Source of the DNA: Convolutriloba macropyga
Lineage: Eukaryota
Direction: 5' to 3'
NCBI RefSeq assembly: GCF_964194025.1
Contig: NC_134468.1
Location: forward strand, 17,422,001-17,486,000
DNA: 64,000 bases
This document shows positions 13,700 to 28,200 of the stretch, in pieces. Every line of letters starts with the position of its first letter. Within the stretch, counting starts at the first letter, position 1. The position numbers and the translations under genes were made by a program. Under the pieces are notes generated by a model. It was not told the origin of the DNA. It was given only the letters and a program-made list of their open reading frames with translations, and did not search any database.

Positions 13700-14540
13700 G
13701 CCTTTTTACTTTCTGACATTCAATATTTGAACAGATTCCTTTGAAGCAATCATTGTAAACTTGTGTGTCTTTTTATGCAAAATGTTCTGTGAGTGAATTT
13801 GAACAGGTGATACCAAGATTTTTGATAGTTTCACAGTAGGTAGCATTGATAACTGCATCATTCATTTTAATCCCTTAAATAAATTCTCCGGAACGCTGTT
13901 CTATTTCGCCGCACAGCTTCATTTGGCAGTGCAGGATGTTTTTAATTGCTCTCGAATTAAGTTTGAAGCAATTATTGTAAACGTGTAATAATTTTATGCA
14001 AACTTTTTGCTTGAAGATTTTTGGGCTTTTTTCTAGAACATGCTTTGACTTCTTGAGTGATCTTTTCACGCTTGAGTTCTTCATTTTTGACCAATCTTAG
14101 TTGCTCTCTTTCTGAAGTAAAAGTTGGTTATATAAAAAGGGTAAATATAAATCAGCGTTTTTCGCACCTATAAACAATTTCTAAGCCACGCCCCTCTTTA
14201 TTAAATTGCACCCGCCTGTCCTTCGATATCAATTCACCCAAAGTTACTCTGTTTATGTTTTTGATTGAATCTCTTAAAAGTTTCTCCTCGATGAAGGTTT
14301 CAAAATGTAGTCCCAATAGTGTGTATTGCCTCATCAAATCTACTGAAAACAGATACTGTCATTTTTTTGTTATTGATTTTGTCAAAAACAGTAACATTAA
14401 CTGAGTTGAAACAGAAAATTAACGTATTCCAAGTCTTGATAAACCACATTGCGTTGTCGTGCAATTTTTTGGAAAAAAGGTTTTTTTTTCCAATGTGTCA
14501 CTATACCGTGGATCTATTCATTAAGCATAAATGAGGTTTT
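13700..14540 (-). mobile_element. Possible degraded LINE RT C-terminal fragment
   Basis: Broken frames include NCFKLNSRAIK...IKNLGI, resembling the N.LKLN..K / VK.LGI RT C-terminal pattern. Confidence 0.3.
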
Positions 14541-16549
14541 TTAGAGCTGGAGTATTAGTTCCCGATCTGCAGCAATTCCGCGCTTCCATTTTACTTCGTT
14601 AGCGCTGGACGTTTTCAAGCATATGTTGAAAGCTGCCGAATTAAAACGCGTATTTGCAATGCCGGCTGTATCGTGTTTATTCTTTGTTAGTGTAGCGCAA
14701 ACCAATAACCAGACTCAAAACCGCCCAAATTTTTATTTAATTGCTCTAAAACGAAGTTTATCAATTATATTTGTCCTGTGGTTTTTTATGTGATTCTTTG
14801 CTTGACCGATTTTCATCTGATCCCTTTGACTTTTCGGTCTCAGAAAAGGGATAGAAAGCTAGAGCTCGGAGGGTGCAAACTGTTTTGAGGAGACAATTGT
14901 AGGGTGTGAAGGGCGGCCCTTAGTTTTAAAAGATTGAACCCCTCAGTCACCCTACTCACTCAACGCAACCCCCACAAGCTCTCTCACAACCCTATCCCTT
15001 ATCGCTTGGCCCCTGCTTCCCTAATATTAGCATCCCTAAGCCCCAGCTGACTACTACCGCCGCCAACCACTTGCCGTTCGTTAGAGCAATTCGCCTAACT
15101 TTAGTTGGTTATGTTTAAATATTTTTTGAGCTGTATTTGACACCAAAAAATCTTGCGAACCGGAAACTCGAACTGCAAACACCTGCAACGCAAAGCTGGT
15201 TACAACCTTTAAGTGAAAGGTTGAAATCCAAAGAATAATTTCGGAAGCAACTAATAAGTATATGGACGTTTACTGCTGAACAGCGTCCGTTTTTTTCCAA
15301 AGTATTGGGAAGAAAAAAGAGTTAGTGACCATCTAAGCGGCCTTCGGCATAATTAATTTTATCAAAATGTCACTAAATTTAAAGAATTGGATAACAATTA
15401 AATAAAAATTGTTTTTTTTGCGAAGGCGTTTCATTTTTCGAATATATTTTTTTCGTACTTTTGAACATGTATTTATAAACGGCGCTAGTGAAAATCTGTA
15501 AATTATAATAAGGACCACTTTGAACACAGGTATTCTGAATGCATGACAAAAGTATTATAGCAATTTTACTGAAATACTTGGTTTGGGGTCTCAAAAAACA
15601 AGGTACAATCTTCAAGGTGGTCAATTTAGGGACCTGCAGTCTAACAATACCTTTTTTGAAAAAAATATTTGCATGTTTTATAAAGAAAGTAAAAATTTCG
15701 GGATAAAACCGCATTTGTTGTTGGATGTACAAATATCAGCTCAGATAGTTAATAAATCAATTAAAATTAGTATTTGAAAACTTGTGTTCTTACAAATTAC
15801 TGCGACAGAGGACTAACGAACAGCTAAAATTTATGATCCATTCTAACTTTTTTCTCATGGTGTCGAAGAGGCAGTCGCAAAAGATACGAAAAGAAGGAAA
15901 ATGATACAAAATGCATGAAATGAACGGAAGGCCATATCACGAATGACCAAGAAAGGCAAATTTTTTTTCAAAAAGGAACAACACCTTATAATTACTGGAA
16001 TACTAGAATAATTAATGCTAAAATTTGATTTCTATACGACACAATCTGTGATATTATGTGTGAGTGAAAAATTAGTCAGGTTCGATTTGAAATTGCTAAA
16101 TCTATGTCGAAATTGGCTGAAATCTTGTTGGAATGTGCGATTTTATTCTTGATGATTCGTCATCTGATTGATGCTAACATATGGTAGATTTTCTGAGCTG
16201 GCGCTTTTCTTGAAAAAGGCTGGCGCTTAGAAAATCTACCAAATCAATTTAAGCACTCTGGTCTGTGTGCAATCGAGTAGACAGAATTTTAAACCAGGAT
16301 CTACTACGCTAAACCTGGACATGTTTGCTGACCAACACCACCCAAAGTGATCTACCGAAAAGAGGTTTAAATATTGAAACTGCAGTGATTCTGCGATATA
16401 AGGTTTTTTCGGCGGAGCCAAAAAAAAACAACTTTAAATGCTATTTTTCCATAAATGGGTTGCCTTTCAAGACTATCTTCGAGTTTAAATGAAATTTGTT
16501 CTCAGAGATTTTAATGCGGATGTCAATATTCTGCGTTACATTTTCAGAT

Positions 16550-17014
16550 ATGCAGTTGTTTATAAGAGGCTTAGAGGGTTGTACTGCGACCATTGATGCA
16601 AGTGAAATCACAAATGGAGAAGACTTGAAAGAGGCAGTTGAAGAGATTGAGGGCCTGGAAGAGGGGGAAATTCGACTGCTATTTGGAGGCAAACCTGTTG
16701 AGGATGATGATCTTCTTGAAGACCTCGGAATCGGCGATGAATCGACAATAGATGTCGTCCTGTCTCTGCTGGGAGGTGGTAAGAAACGAAAGAAGAAAGT
16801 GTACACGACACCCAAGAAGATTAAGAAGAAGCCAAAGAAAGTCAAGCTGCCAGTTTTGAAGTATTACAAAGTGGACGACAGTGGAAAGATAACTCGACTG
16901 AGGAAAGAGTGCGAGTCTGAATCGTGTGGTGCTGGTATCTTTATGGCAAACCATAAGGATAGGTACTATTGTGGCAAATGTGCTCTGACTTATGTCATTG
17001 ATACCAGCAAATAA
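16550..17014 (+). CDS. RPS27A: Ubiquitin-like domain fused to 40S ribosomal protein S27a (eS31), 154 aa
   Basis: A 76-aa Ubl ending LLGG precedes [26 protein letters not shown]....[21 protein letters not shown] at 16550 follows acceptor TTTTCAG. AATAAA at ~17076. Confidence 0.95.
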   Translation: MQLFIRGLEGCTATIDASEITNGEDLKEAVEEIEGLEEGEIRLLFGGKPVEDDDLLEDLGIGDESTIDVVLSLLGGGKKRKKKVYTTPKKIKKKPKKVKLPVLKYYKVDDSGKITRLRKECESESCGAGIFMANHKDRYYCGKCALTYVIDTSK

Positions 17015-17635
17015 ACCACTAATTTGCAGGTGCAATGGTTTCAATACTGAATGACAGTGATGACGAATTGTTTTGAATAAAAACTTTTTTGAACTGTCAT
17101 TTTGGTAGAACAAGTCCTCGACGGACACGAGAAAGTCCAGATTATAGGTCCCTTTCAAGACGGAATTTGAGTTCCAACGTAACCCTAACTGCGTTTCAAT
17201 CTTTCCTTAGACTGACTTTGCTGAAAGTTCTGATAGGATTTTAAACTCGTTTTTCATCTCGGATTTTTATCATTTCGTAATGATTGCCATAAGATGTGTT
17301 GCCGTACCATGAAAAGTTGACAAAAACTAATCATTGTGAGGAGTATAACTAGCTTTTGATTTGTCTCGCTAGGGAAATTAGTTGTTGGAAATTTAATTTT
17401 TTAAAGTTCGCCTTATGATTTTCTGGAACTACTACTGAATTAATTTTTTTTGTCACTTATCCCATTGCAAAACATTGACGTCGCCTTCAAAGTTTATTAA
17501 CATCTGCCAGTACAAAGATGACAGATTTTTTCACTAAAAATTAATATCGACAAAATGTTCACCGATGACGGAGCTAAATAAGTGTGCTCACTTAAATCTG
17601 TACATGACACAGGATGTACTCAAGTTCCTGTTCGG

Positions 17636-20600
17636 CTAAATACTTTGCATGTAATCCTCCCTGAAGCAATTCTTAAGAGTTTTTCTTAAGTTTTGTTAAA
17701 TTAATGATACAGAAGCAAGGTTACTGAAAATTCACAATTCAATGTTTTTTTGGCTCACCTAAATAGGAAACTCAACTTAGGTCCCTTATGCTAAAGAATG
17801 TTTTGGAAGAACTTGTGTCTGTATACCATTTTTAAGGTACACGTATTCGTGTTTTCAAAATATTGTAAAAATTTAGTTTAGTGGAACCAAAGAGAAGGAC
17901 TCAAAAGTCTAGCAATATTTTAAATGAAATTAATAAATGCAATAAATCTAATGAAAAAATTGAGTTAGATTAGCAAGCAGCCCAGTGTTTTGTTTGGTTG
18001 CTCAAAGGTAGCACCGTGTGTTTTGTTTGGTTGCTCAAAGGTGGCCTTTCTATGAGCTTAAATCCTTGCGAGAGCTTAACTGATTGAAAATTATCAACAA
18101 GGCGGCTCGTTAATGTGCGTTCGCACATGATGTTCCGACCCGTGCTCATCTACATTTGTGACTAAATTGTCAACCAAATGAAGAGATAACAAAAATAGAT
18201 GTTTGAGTTTAAAGCAATCGTTACACAAATAATCTAATAATTGAATTACATAATGCCATCCCTCATTACAGCGCAAACGTGATCTGACATTTAAGAGACT
18301 AAGAGACAAAAAAAAACAAATAACAAAATTAGCACAAACAAAAATTTCACGGCAGAAACTGAATATCTAAATTTAAAAGCACCTAGTAGCAACGCCAAAG
18401 TGCAGTCAGGTGAAACCTAAACTACACAATTTAACTTTTTTCTAACAATACAGCAGATGGAAAGTTTTCGTAATGAGACTGGGTAAAAAGTCGACAAAAA
18501 GAGCGAACAGTGAGGTGAAACTTAAAAATTAATCAACATTTTTTACACCAAGAAATTTCAAAAATCTCAAAAATCATTAGCTTTTAACTAAACAATCCTT
18601 AATAAATTACTATAAACTCATTAAAAAACCAAAAGGAACTGTCCATAGAAGCGAACTAAAGAGAAACTCAAAATTACAAACGATTTGCGAAAACAGAAAC
18701 TATTGCTAGCATTGAAGTCACTAGCTATCATCTAAATATTTTGTATTTTTAATTCAATTGTTCGATTCTACTGATTGAGCTGAAGGATTTAAACTGACTG
18801 ATTGAATAAGTTTATTTGCGCCACATTTGAAAACCATTGGGATCTGTTATTACGCGATTGTTCTGAAAGAATAGAAAAAGAAACACAAAAATTGGCCACT
18901 CAATAAACTTTCAGAAAAACGCATATTGTCCAAGAAACAAAACGTCAAGGACAAATAATGTCAATAGATATGTTATCTCCTGAATTACAAGAAATTGGAT
19001 GGGACCTCTCATTGATGAAAATAAGTTACAATTTGACGAAAAGAACAAAAACTGAAAATTTTGAAAAAAACTTCAATATGGTTATCAGAAACTTTTAGAC
19101 TATTCGCCATAAACTGACTGCTTCGGGTAACATCATTCATTCAATATTCAATTATTGGCCTATGAGAACTGTCAGCAATTTACGGCTACCTAAAGAACAA
19201 AAACAGCAAATTCAAGAAAAAATTGAGCGAGAAAAGTGTCGAAGGCATTAAAAAAAATGAACTTTAAACTAAAAACTCTTCTGTTTTCAATCAGTTTCAA
19301 AGAGCAATGGGATTTCTCTTACTTATCAATATAATTTCAAAAAATCAACAAACATTAACAAATACATTAGAACCGCGAAAATTTCGATAAAACCCGTACC
19401 ATCAACGCATCATTAGCTTTCAACGCATGACAGTAAATACGCTAAATTATGCATCGATGGGACAATGAGTTTGTTTGCTAATCATATTTCATCAATAAGA
19501 CCTCACAACAAGTTATTGACTATGAAAACGACAACAGACACAGGCAAAAACCAAAAATTCTGTAGAAAAGTGCCAGAAGAATATGTAGAAGCAATACAAA
19601 TCCTAAGTTCTTCTCTGAAAACGTTATCTATGATTTGTTGAACTTTATCTCTAAAACAACGGGCAACATCTGCAGGAGGATGATGTGATAAGATTTCAAA
19701 AGGATCCAAAAATGCAATAAAGTACCCGAAAATTAAAAAAAAAATTTGAAATCTCGTGACGTTGAAGTTTTAAAACTAATAGGTAGAAGATAAAACCGCT
19801 AAACAGATTAATTTTGGCTGCAGTAGAACGGAAAGGGATTCTGCTAGTACTGACATTGACCAACAGTTCACGAAAAATTTTAGGATTGGTTAATATTCAA
19901 AAATTAATGGAGCTCAATATCTACGCTCAGATAAAACCCGGAAGGATACAACCTGGATTGAAAAGGATGTTTGTTTTGCATAGATAATTAACATGACATC
20001 ACAATAAGTCTTATAACTGTGAAAACAATAACAAAAACAGGCAAAAACCAAAATTCGATAGAAAAAGTGCGAGCAGAAAGTGTCGAAGCCAATTAAACCA
20101 TTAGCTTTTCTCTGAAAACTTTATCTGTGATCCACTGAACGTCCCCATGAAGCCAATGGGATAATATAAAATATAAAAGGTAAATAATGTTTGGATAATG
20201 TGTATAATGTTTGCAAAATGTGATAAGAGTTCAAAGGAACCAATAATAAAAATATCCAAAAAAAGTTGAAATCTTGTGTCATTGAAATCATATAACCAAT
20301 AGATAGATAATAAAACGGCTAACCAGAATAATTTTAGTTGCAGTATAAACCAAGTGGGTCCAGTCAATACTGACACTGATTAAAAGTTCACGAAAAAAGT
20401 TTAACATTTATTAGTATTCAAAAAAAAGTTTTCGAAAAATTATTTTTAAATTCTTAACAGCCATTAAATTCAATAGTTTTCAACGGAAGTCAATAAATAC
20501 ATTCAAAGATGCCCCGATAGGAGTATATTTATGTTTGTCATGCATAGGTAATCAACAAGACATCACAATAAGTCTTATGACTATTAAAACAACAACAAAA

Positions 20601-22919
20601 ACAGGCGAAAACCAAAAATTCAAAACAAAAGTGCGATAAGAAAGTGTCGAAGCCATTTAAACCATAAATTTATGAAATTTTTATCTGTGAGCCACGGAAT
20701 ATTTTCCTCAAGCCAATGGGAGCTATCAATCTTTGGATAATGTGATAAAATTTCAAAAGTAACCAATAATACGAAAATACCCAATTTTTTTTTTAAATTT
20801 TTTGAAATCTTGTGTCATTGAAGTCATATTATCAATAGTTAGAAGATAATACCGCTAACCAGATTAAATTTTGCAAGGTTGTAGTAAGAAGGAAGAGGGT
20901 GCTGTCACCCCTGGACTGACTTACAGTTCACGATAATAAGTTTGACTCTTTAATGTTCAAAAAAAATCGAAAAATTATTTTAAGTCTTAACAGCCGTTAG
21001 CAGTCCCCTCAAAGCACTAGATATGTTCACTTAATGCTCATTAAGGAACATATTGCACTGTTAGTCAATGAATCCATGCCATAGGACTCCATAAAATTAG
21101 TAAAACCTCAAAAAGACATCAAAATTTTTTTTAAAATTACGAACTCAGAATCAAAGCCAAAAAAAATATGAGCAATTCCTTGAAAACGATGTTTTTGTTC
21201 ATTCGGCTTAGTTTGACTGTAAAGGAGCTTAATTTGACTGTAAAGGAGTTTTGTCATTAATAGAACCTTGATATAAAAAGTGACTTGTCTCTAGGTGACT
21301 TAAAAAAAAGCAAAAAAAAAGAGAAAAGTTTTATAAAAAAAAAGCTGGTCCAGCGTAATTTTGAGTTTTACGCTGGACCAGCTTTTTAATGATACCACTC
21401 ACATTTCTCTACGACGAATATATCGATCGGCCAAAATTGACTGAACAAAAAGAAACATTTGAGTATATAGTTCCTCCCCCCACAAGTGGGGTCGGAACAA
21501 CAAGAAAGCTTTGGGCAGCTTATCAAAACCGTTATTAGATTATGGGAAAAAAGAGGCTCAGCTCGTAAACTGTGCTTGCACTTACCTGTCAAGTGACCTC
21601 TTCGCTGAAAGTTTTTAATGAAAATTTATCTCATTTGCAGAAAATGAATTTCAAACATTGAAAAACAGTTCCTACTAAAATAATTACACCAAAAAGATCC
21701 AAGCTGTAAAAATTTGAATATCAATATTAGTAGAAATGACAGCTGGAATTCCAAGGGGGAAGCTAAACGCTGTGCGGTGATGAGGTTTGCGTGATATAAT
21801 TACATTGCTCAGCTGGAACTGCTGGACCTAAAAACATTGTCCTAAAGAAATATGAAGGATGAGATCTCTGGCGAAATTTATTGTGGTTTCTTTTACTGAT
21901 TTTTGTTGTTGCAAAATTTCAACATTGTTTCTGCATGATTTAATTACATTACTTTAATTACAATGGAAAGATTGGTATGAAGGAATACGAAAGAGAAAAA
22001 ATCCATTGTTGTTTCTCTTAACATTTTATATCATTTTATAAACATCTTATACCAATGAAATCGCTCACAATCATTTGGTAATGCTTTCCGCAATGTTGAA
22101 AAAATAACGTCAATTCGACCAGAAAGTTATCACACTGATCATTTACTGTGGCAAATCAACGAGATCGCTTCAAAAGTTTTTGACTTTCGTTAAAATCGTT
22201 CCTATAAAAAATCGTTCCTCTGTGTGGTCTACTTGTAGCTTATTATTGTAGAAGAAAACAGAATAATGATCCGATATAGCACATTTATCAACAAACCAAT
22301 CTCCAGTAGTTTTTGAAAAATAGATCAATTGATGTCTGTGAATGAAAGGTTTCACGTGATACTAAGTTCGCATTAATTAATTTTAGTCCAAAATATGACA
22401 ACAATTCTGTAGATTTTGAACTCTTTCTGTTATTTAAATTATCTGTATTAAAATCCCCCCAAACTGTGTTTATGGACATAAATTAATCTAACAGGAAGTT
22501 TAAAAATTCATAAACTGGATAATTTGGCTATTTATAAACACTTGTCATAAAAAATGTCTGTTAGCAATATTTACAGTTAAAATTTAAACATTTCGAATAC
22601 TGCTCTTAATCGTGTTTATTATTTTCAACTTGTCTCACAAAAATACTCCTACACCGCAACCAGTTACGTCGCGATTGCATGTTTCTATTTGATGATACGT
22701 TGAAAGAGTATACGCTCCGGTTTGGATGTCATCGCTAGTCGCGGTTTCTGTAAGTACAAATATAAGTGCTTTTTGGTCTAGGTCTTCTAATAAAACTTCG
22801 AGTTGCTGGAAATTACGTCGTAACTTTTTTCATTTAATAGGCAAAATTGGTCGCTCATTCCGTTTGTCCCTCACGTTCGTTGTTGTGTAATTGTTATTTT
22901 TTATAGATATGAGCTATAC

Positions 22920-22989
<70 letters not shown>

Positions 22990-25196
22990 CATATGTTTTT
23001 ATGTTTTGTTGTTTCTTATATATATATATATAGTTTTTTCGAAAATATTTATACACACACATATATATATATATTAAATATAATAAATTAAAAAAATTNN
23101 NNNNNNNNNNNNNNNNNNNNNNNNNNNNNNNNNNNNNNNNNNNNNNNNNNNNNNNNNNNNNNNNNNNNNNNNNNNNNNNNNNNNNNNNNNNNNNNNNNNN
23201 NNNNNNNNNNNNNNNNNNNNNNNNNNNNNNNNNNNNNNNNNNNNNNNNNNNNNNNNNNNNNNNNCTTTTTCAAGTGCTGGAGTTTTCGAAAAAGTCATAT
23301 CTATATCAGTCGAAAATGTGACCTGACCCATCACTTATAGAAGTCTCTTTTATAGGGTTTAATACTTTTTCTGGTAAATAATGTGTTACTTACCTTTACT
23401 GGTGTCGATGGAAAGCTGAAAAATTAATGTGAGCTGAAATCTGTTATTGAAATAGTTAAATAACAAATTAATTTGTTTTCGTTTCAGGATTGCTGATGAA
23501 AAATTATTGTGAGCTGAAATCTATTGTTGAAGTGGTTCCCGATTGATAATTGTCTTGTAATAATCAGGCGCATATTTGCATAACTATTTATAGGAATGTT
23601 ACTTTTAATACTGCTTTAAGTTTTTATATCAGCTCAAAAGGTGTGACTCTTATCTTTCGAACTGCCCTAGTCTATTACCGACGGCTATCTTGCAAGATCT
23701 TGCAAGAATCTTGCAAGAATCTTGTAAGATTACGCACCATCTTGCAAGATCTTGCAAGATTCTTGCAAGATCTTGCAAGATAGCCGTCGGATATGCAAGA
23801 ATCTTGCAAGATAAGCGTCGATCTTGTAAGATTCTTGCAAGATAGGCGTCGAACTCTTGCAAGATTCTTGCAAGATAAGCGTCGAAGTCTTGCAAGAATC
23901 TTGCAAGATAAGCGTCTGATTTTTGCAAGGGTCTTGCAAGATAAGCGACGAATTCTTGCAAGACCCTTGCAAAATGGGCGTCCGGAAACTTAGTCTTAGC
24001 TTGAGCGCGGGCCTTTTTGGCTTCTTTGCTGTCTAGAGTCGGTGCATTACTATGCTCCAGAAGGAGCGCACCTGATCTCTAGCCACCAAAGAAAAAAAAG
24101 ACCCTAAAGAGCTAAGACTAATGCGCGAAGGGGCCACAAACAACGGCGGGGGGTTATCGCGCTGCGCAAAAGGGGTCACAAACAAGGGCGGAAATGTAGC
24201 CTTAGCTCGGGCGTGGGCCTTTTTGGTTTCTTTGATGTCTAGAGTCGGTGCATTACTATGCTCCAGAAGGAGCGCACCTGATCTCTAGTCACCAAAGAAA
24301 AAAAAAGACCCGAAAGAGCTAAGACTAATGCGCGAAGGGGCCACAAAACAAAGGCGGGGGGTTATCGCGCTGCGCGAAGGGGTCACAAACAAGGCGGGGG
24401 GTTATCGCGCTGAAGAAAGGAAGAGACAAACATATAAATGAACATCTAAATGCATCAGAAAGGGGGCACAGAGAGGGGTGGGGTTATAGCACCGAAAAAA
24501 AGAAACATAAATGAACATCTAAATGCACAAGAAAGGGGGCACAGAGAAGGGTGGGGGGTTCAAGCGAACGAAAAACGGGCGAGCAAAACAGAAACGAACG
24601 AAAAACGAGCGAACGAAAAAACGAGCGAGCGTGAAAGCAGGCGAACGAAAAACGAGCGAGCCCAAAGCGAGCGAAACAAAGACGAACGAGCGTGGAAAGC
24701 AGGCGAACGAAAAACGAGTTAGCCCAAAGCAAGCGAAACAAAGACGAACGAGCGTGAAAGCAGGCGAACGAAAAACGAGCGAGCCCAAAGCGAGCGAAAC
24801 AAAGACGAGCGAGCGTGAAAGCAAGCGAACGAAAAACGAGCGAGCGCAAAGCGAGCGAAACAAAGACGAGCGAGCGTGAAAGCTAGCGAACGAAAAACGA
24901 GCGAGCGAAACAAAGACGAACGAGCGTGAAAGCAGGCGAACGAAAAACGAGCGAGCCCCAAAGCGAGCGAAACAAAGACGAACGAGCGTGAAAGCAAGGG
25001 AACGAAAAACGAGCGAGCGCAAAGGAGAGAAACAAAGACGAGCGAGCGTGAAAGAAAGCGAACGAAAAACAAGCGAGCGCAAAGCGAGAGAAACAAAAAC
25101 GAACGAGCGAAACCGAATTTGCCCGGAAGGCAATCCTAGAGAGAAAAAACCTTTGCCCTAGGGCAAAGAAAAGGAACAAATGCCCGGAGCGCAACA

Positions 25197-25239
<43 letters not shown>

Positions 25240-28200
25240 GAGAGAGCGAGAAAGAGAGAGAGCGCGAGNNNNNNNNNNNNNNNNNNNNNNNNNNNNNNNN
25301 NNNNNNNNNNNNNNNNNNNNNNNNNNNNNNNNNNNNNNNNNNNNNNNNNNNNNNNNNNNNNNNNNNNNNNNNNNNNNNNNNNNNNNNNNNNNNNNNNNNN
25401 NNNNNNNNNNNNNNNNNNNNNNNNNNNNNNNNNNNNNNNNNNNNNNNNNNNNNNNNNNNNNNNNNNNNNNNNNNNNNNNNNNNNNNNNNNNNNNNNNNNN
25501 NNNNNNNNNNNNNNNNNNNNNNNNNNNNNNNNNNNNNNNNNNNNNNNNNNNNNNNNNNNNNNNNNNNNNNNNNNNNNNNNNNNNNNNNNNNNNNNNNNNN
25601 NNNGCAAGAGACAGGAGAGACAGAGCAAGAAAAAAGAAACAACGAAAAGAGAGAGCACGTGGCCATAAAGCAACACAAACTCAAGAGTGATCGCTAAAAA
25701 GATAAAAGCAAATAAACACATAAAAGGCAATCAGGCAATATCAGAATTTTCATTACCTTAACTGTCGGTTATGATTTCATTCATCACTTTGCCTGATCAA
25801 GGACAAAACCAGAAACGCGCTTCAAAAATCATTTTTCTCTTTGGAGCATGATCATCGAACATATGACAAGGAGTTTGAAAAGCAAAAAAGGAGAACAGCA
25901 AAAAGAGAAAGACAGAGAGAGAGAGAGAGCTCCCGGCAACAGAAACTGGAGAATGAACACAAGAAAATGATAAGCAAATAAAATTTATAAAAAGCAATCA
26001 GGCAATCAGAATTTTGATTATCCTAATTTAAGGTTATAATTTCCGTTCATCACATTGCCTGATTCAGAAGAAAACAAGAAAAGCGCAGCGAAAATCATTT
26101 TTTTCATCATAGCGCAATCATCGAACATATGACAACAAGGAGTTTAAATGGCAAAAAAAGAGAAGAGCAAAAAGAGAAAGACACAGAGAGAGAGAGAGAA
26201 AGAGAGAGAGAGGGAGCTCCCAGCAACAAAAACTGGAGACTGAACACAATAAGCAAACAAAATTTTAAAAAGGCATTCAGGCAATCAGAATTTTGATTAT
26301 CCTAACTTAAGGTTATAATTTCAGTTCATCACATTGCCTGATTCAGAAGAAAACAAGGAGCGCTCCGAAAATCATTTTTCTCGTTATAGCGCAATCATCG
26401 AACATATGACAAGGAGTTTAAAAAGCAAAAAAGGAGAACAGCAAAAAGAGAAAGACAGACAGAGAGAGAGAGAGAGAGAGCTCCCAGCAACAGAAACTGG
26501 ACACTTAACACAAGAAAAAGATAAGAAAAGAAAAACTATAAAAGGCAATAAGGCAATCAGATTTTTGATTATCCTAACTTAAGGTTATAGTTTCAGTTCA
26601 TCACATTGCCTGATTCAGGATAAAACAAGAAGAGCGCTCCGAAAAGCATTTTTCTCATCATAGCGCAATCATCGAACATATGACAAGGAGTTTAAAGGCC
26701 AAAAAAAGAGAACAGCAAAAAGAGAAAGACAGAGAGAGAGAGAGAGAGAGCTCACAGCAACAGAAACTGGAGACTGAACACAAGGAAAAGATGAGCAAAG
26801 AAAATTCATAAAATGCGATCAGGCAATCAGAATTTTGACTATCCTAACTTAAGGTTGTAATTTCAGTTCATCACTTTGCCTGATTTAGAAAACACAAAAA
26901 GCGCTCCGAAAATCATTTTTCTCATCATAGCGCAATAATCGAATAGAAGCCAAGAAACAAATGAAAAAAAAAACAAAACGAAAGAACAAGTAGGAAACCA
27001 GCCGAGACAGAACTACAGACAAAGAGCACGCGAGCTCAAAGCAACAAAAACTGAAGAGTGAACCCAAAGAAGATAGAAGCAAAGGAAACACATGTACCAA
27101 TCAGGCAATCAGAATTTTGATTATCCTAACTTAAGGTTGTAATTTCAGTTCATCACATTGCCTGATTCAGGAGAAAACACGAAAGGCGTTCCGAAAATCA
27201 GTTTTCTCATCATAGCGCAATAATCGAATAGAAGCCAAGAAACAAATGAAAAACAAAACAAAACGAAAGAACAAGCAGGAAATCAGCCGAAACAGACCTA
27301 CAGACAAATAGCACGCGAGCTCAAAGCAACAAAAACTGAAGATTGAACGCAACGAAGAGAGACAAACAAAGGAAACACACAAGAGAATCAGGCCATCAGA
27401 ATTTTGATTACGCACTATGGTTGTAATTTCATCACTTTGCCTGATCAAGGACAAAACCAAAAACGCACTCCGAGAACAAATTTTCTCATCAAAGAACAAA
27501 TATCGAATAATTTGGAAGAAGTTGAAAAATCAACTATTACTATACAACTTTTTATGAACAAATTCACAAATGAAGAAAAAGGCATCGAAGAGTTGATTCT
27601 ACATTTATCTGCAACAACAACAACCAATCCAAATCAAACAATATACAGAAAAAGCAAGAGTCAGAAGAAATTGAATCAAAAGACAAAAGCACTCCGAGAA
27701 TCAATTTTCTCATCAAAGCGCAACTATCGAATAAATAGGAACAAGTTGAAAAATCAATTATTACTATACCACATTCTTTATCTACAAAGGCAAAAAAGGA
27801 AACAGGCTGATTCTACAACCAACCCAAGAAAGACAACATCAACAAGTTGAAAGAAAAAGCAAGAGTCAGAATAAATTAAATCAAAAGACAAAAGCACTCC
27901 GAGAATCAATTTTCTCATCATAGCGCAACTATCGAATAAATAGAACAAGTTGAAAAATCAATTATTACTATACCACATTCTTTATCTACAAAGGCAAAAA
28001 AAGGAAACAGGCTGATTCTACAACCAACCTAAGAAAGACAACATCAACAAGTTAAACGAAAAAGCAGGAGTCAGAATAAATTAAATCAAAAGACAAAAGC
28101 ACTCCGAGAATCAATTTTCTCATCATAGCGCAACTATCGAATAAATAGAACAAGTTGAAAAATCAATTATTATTACACCACATTCTTTATCTACAAAGGC

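Noticed and set aside
16496-16549. N-terminal extension of the RPS27A ORF given in the ORF track
   Set aside because: It uses a non-ATG start upstream of a splice acceptor; the Ubl domain begins at ATG 16550.
23650-25730. Long low-complexity ORFs (LARFLQD, RSLVF, ERERE)
   Set aside because: They are translations of tandem repeats, microsatellites and N gaps.
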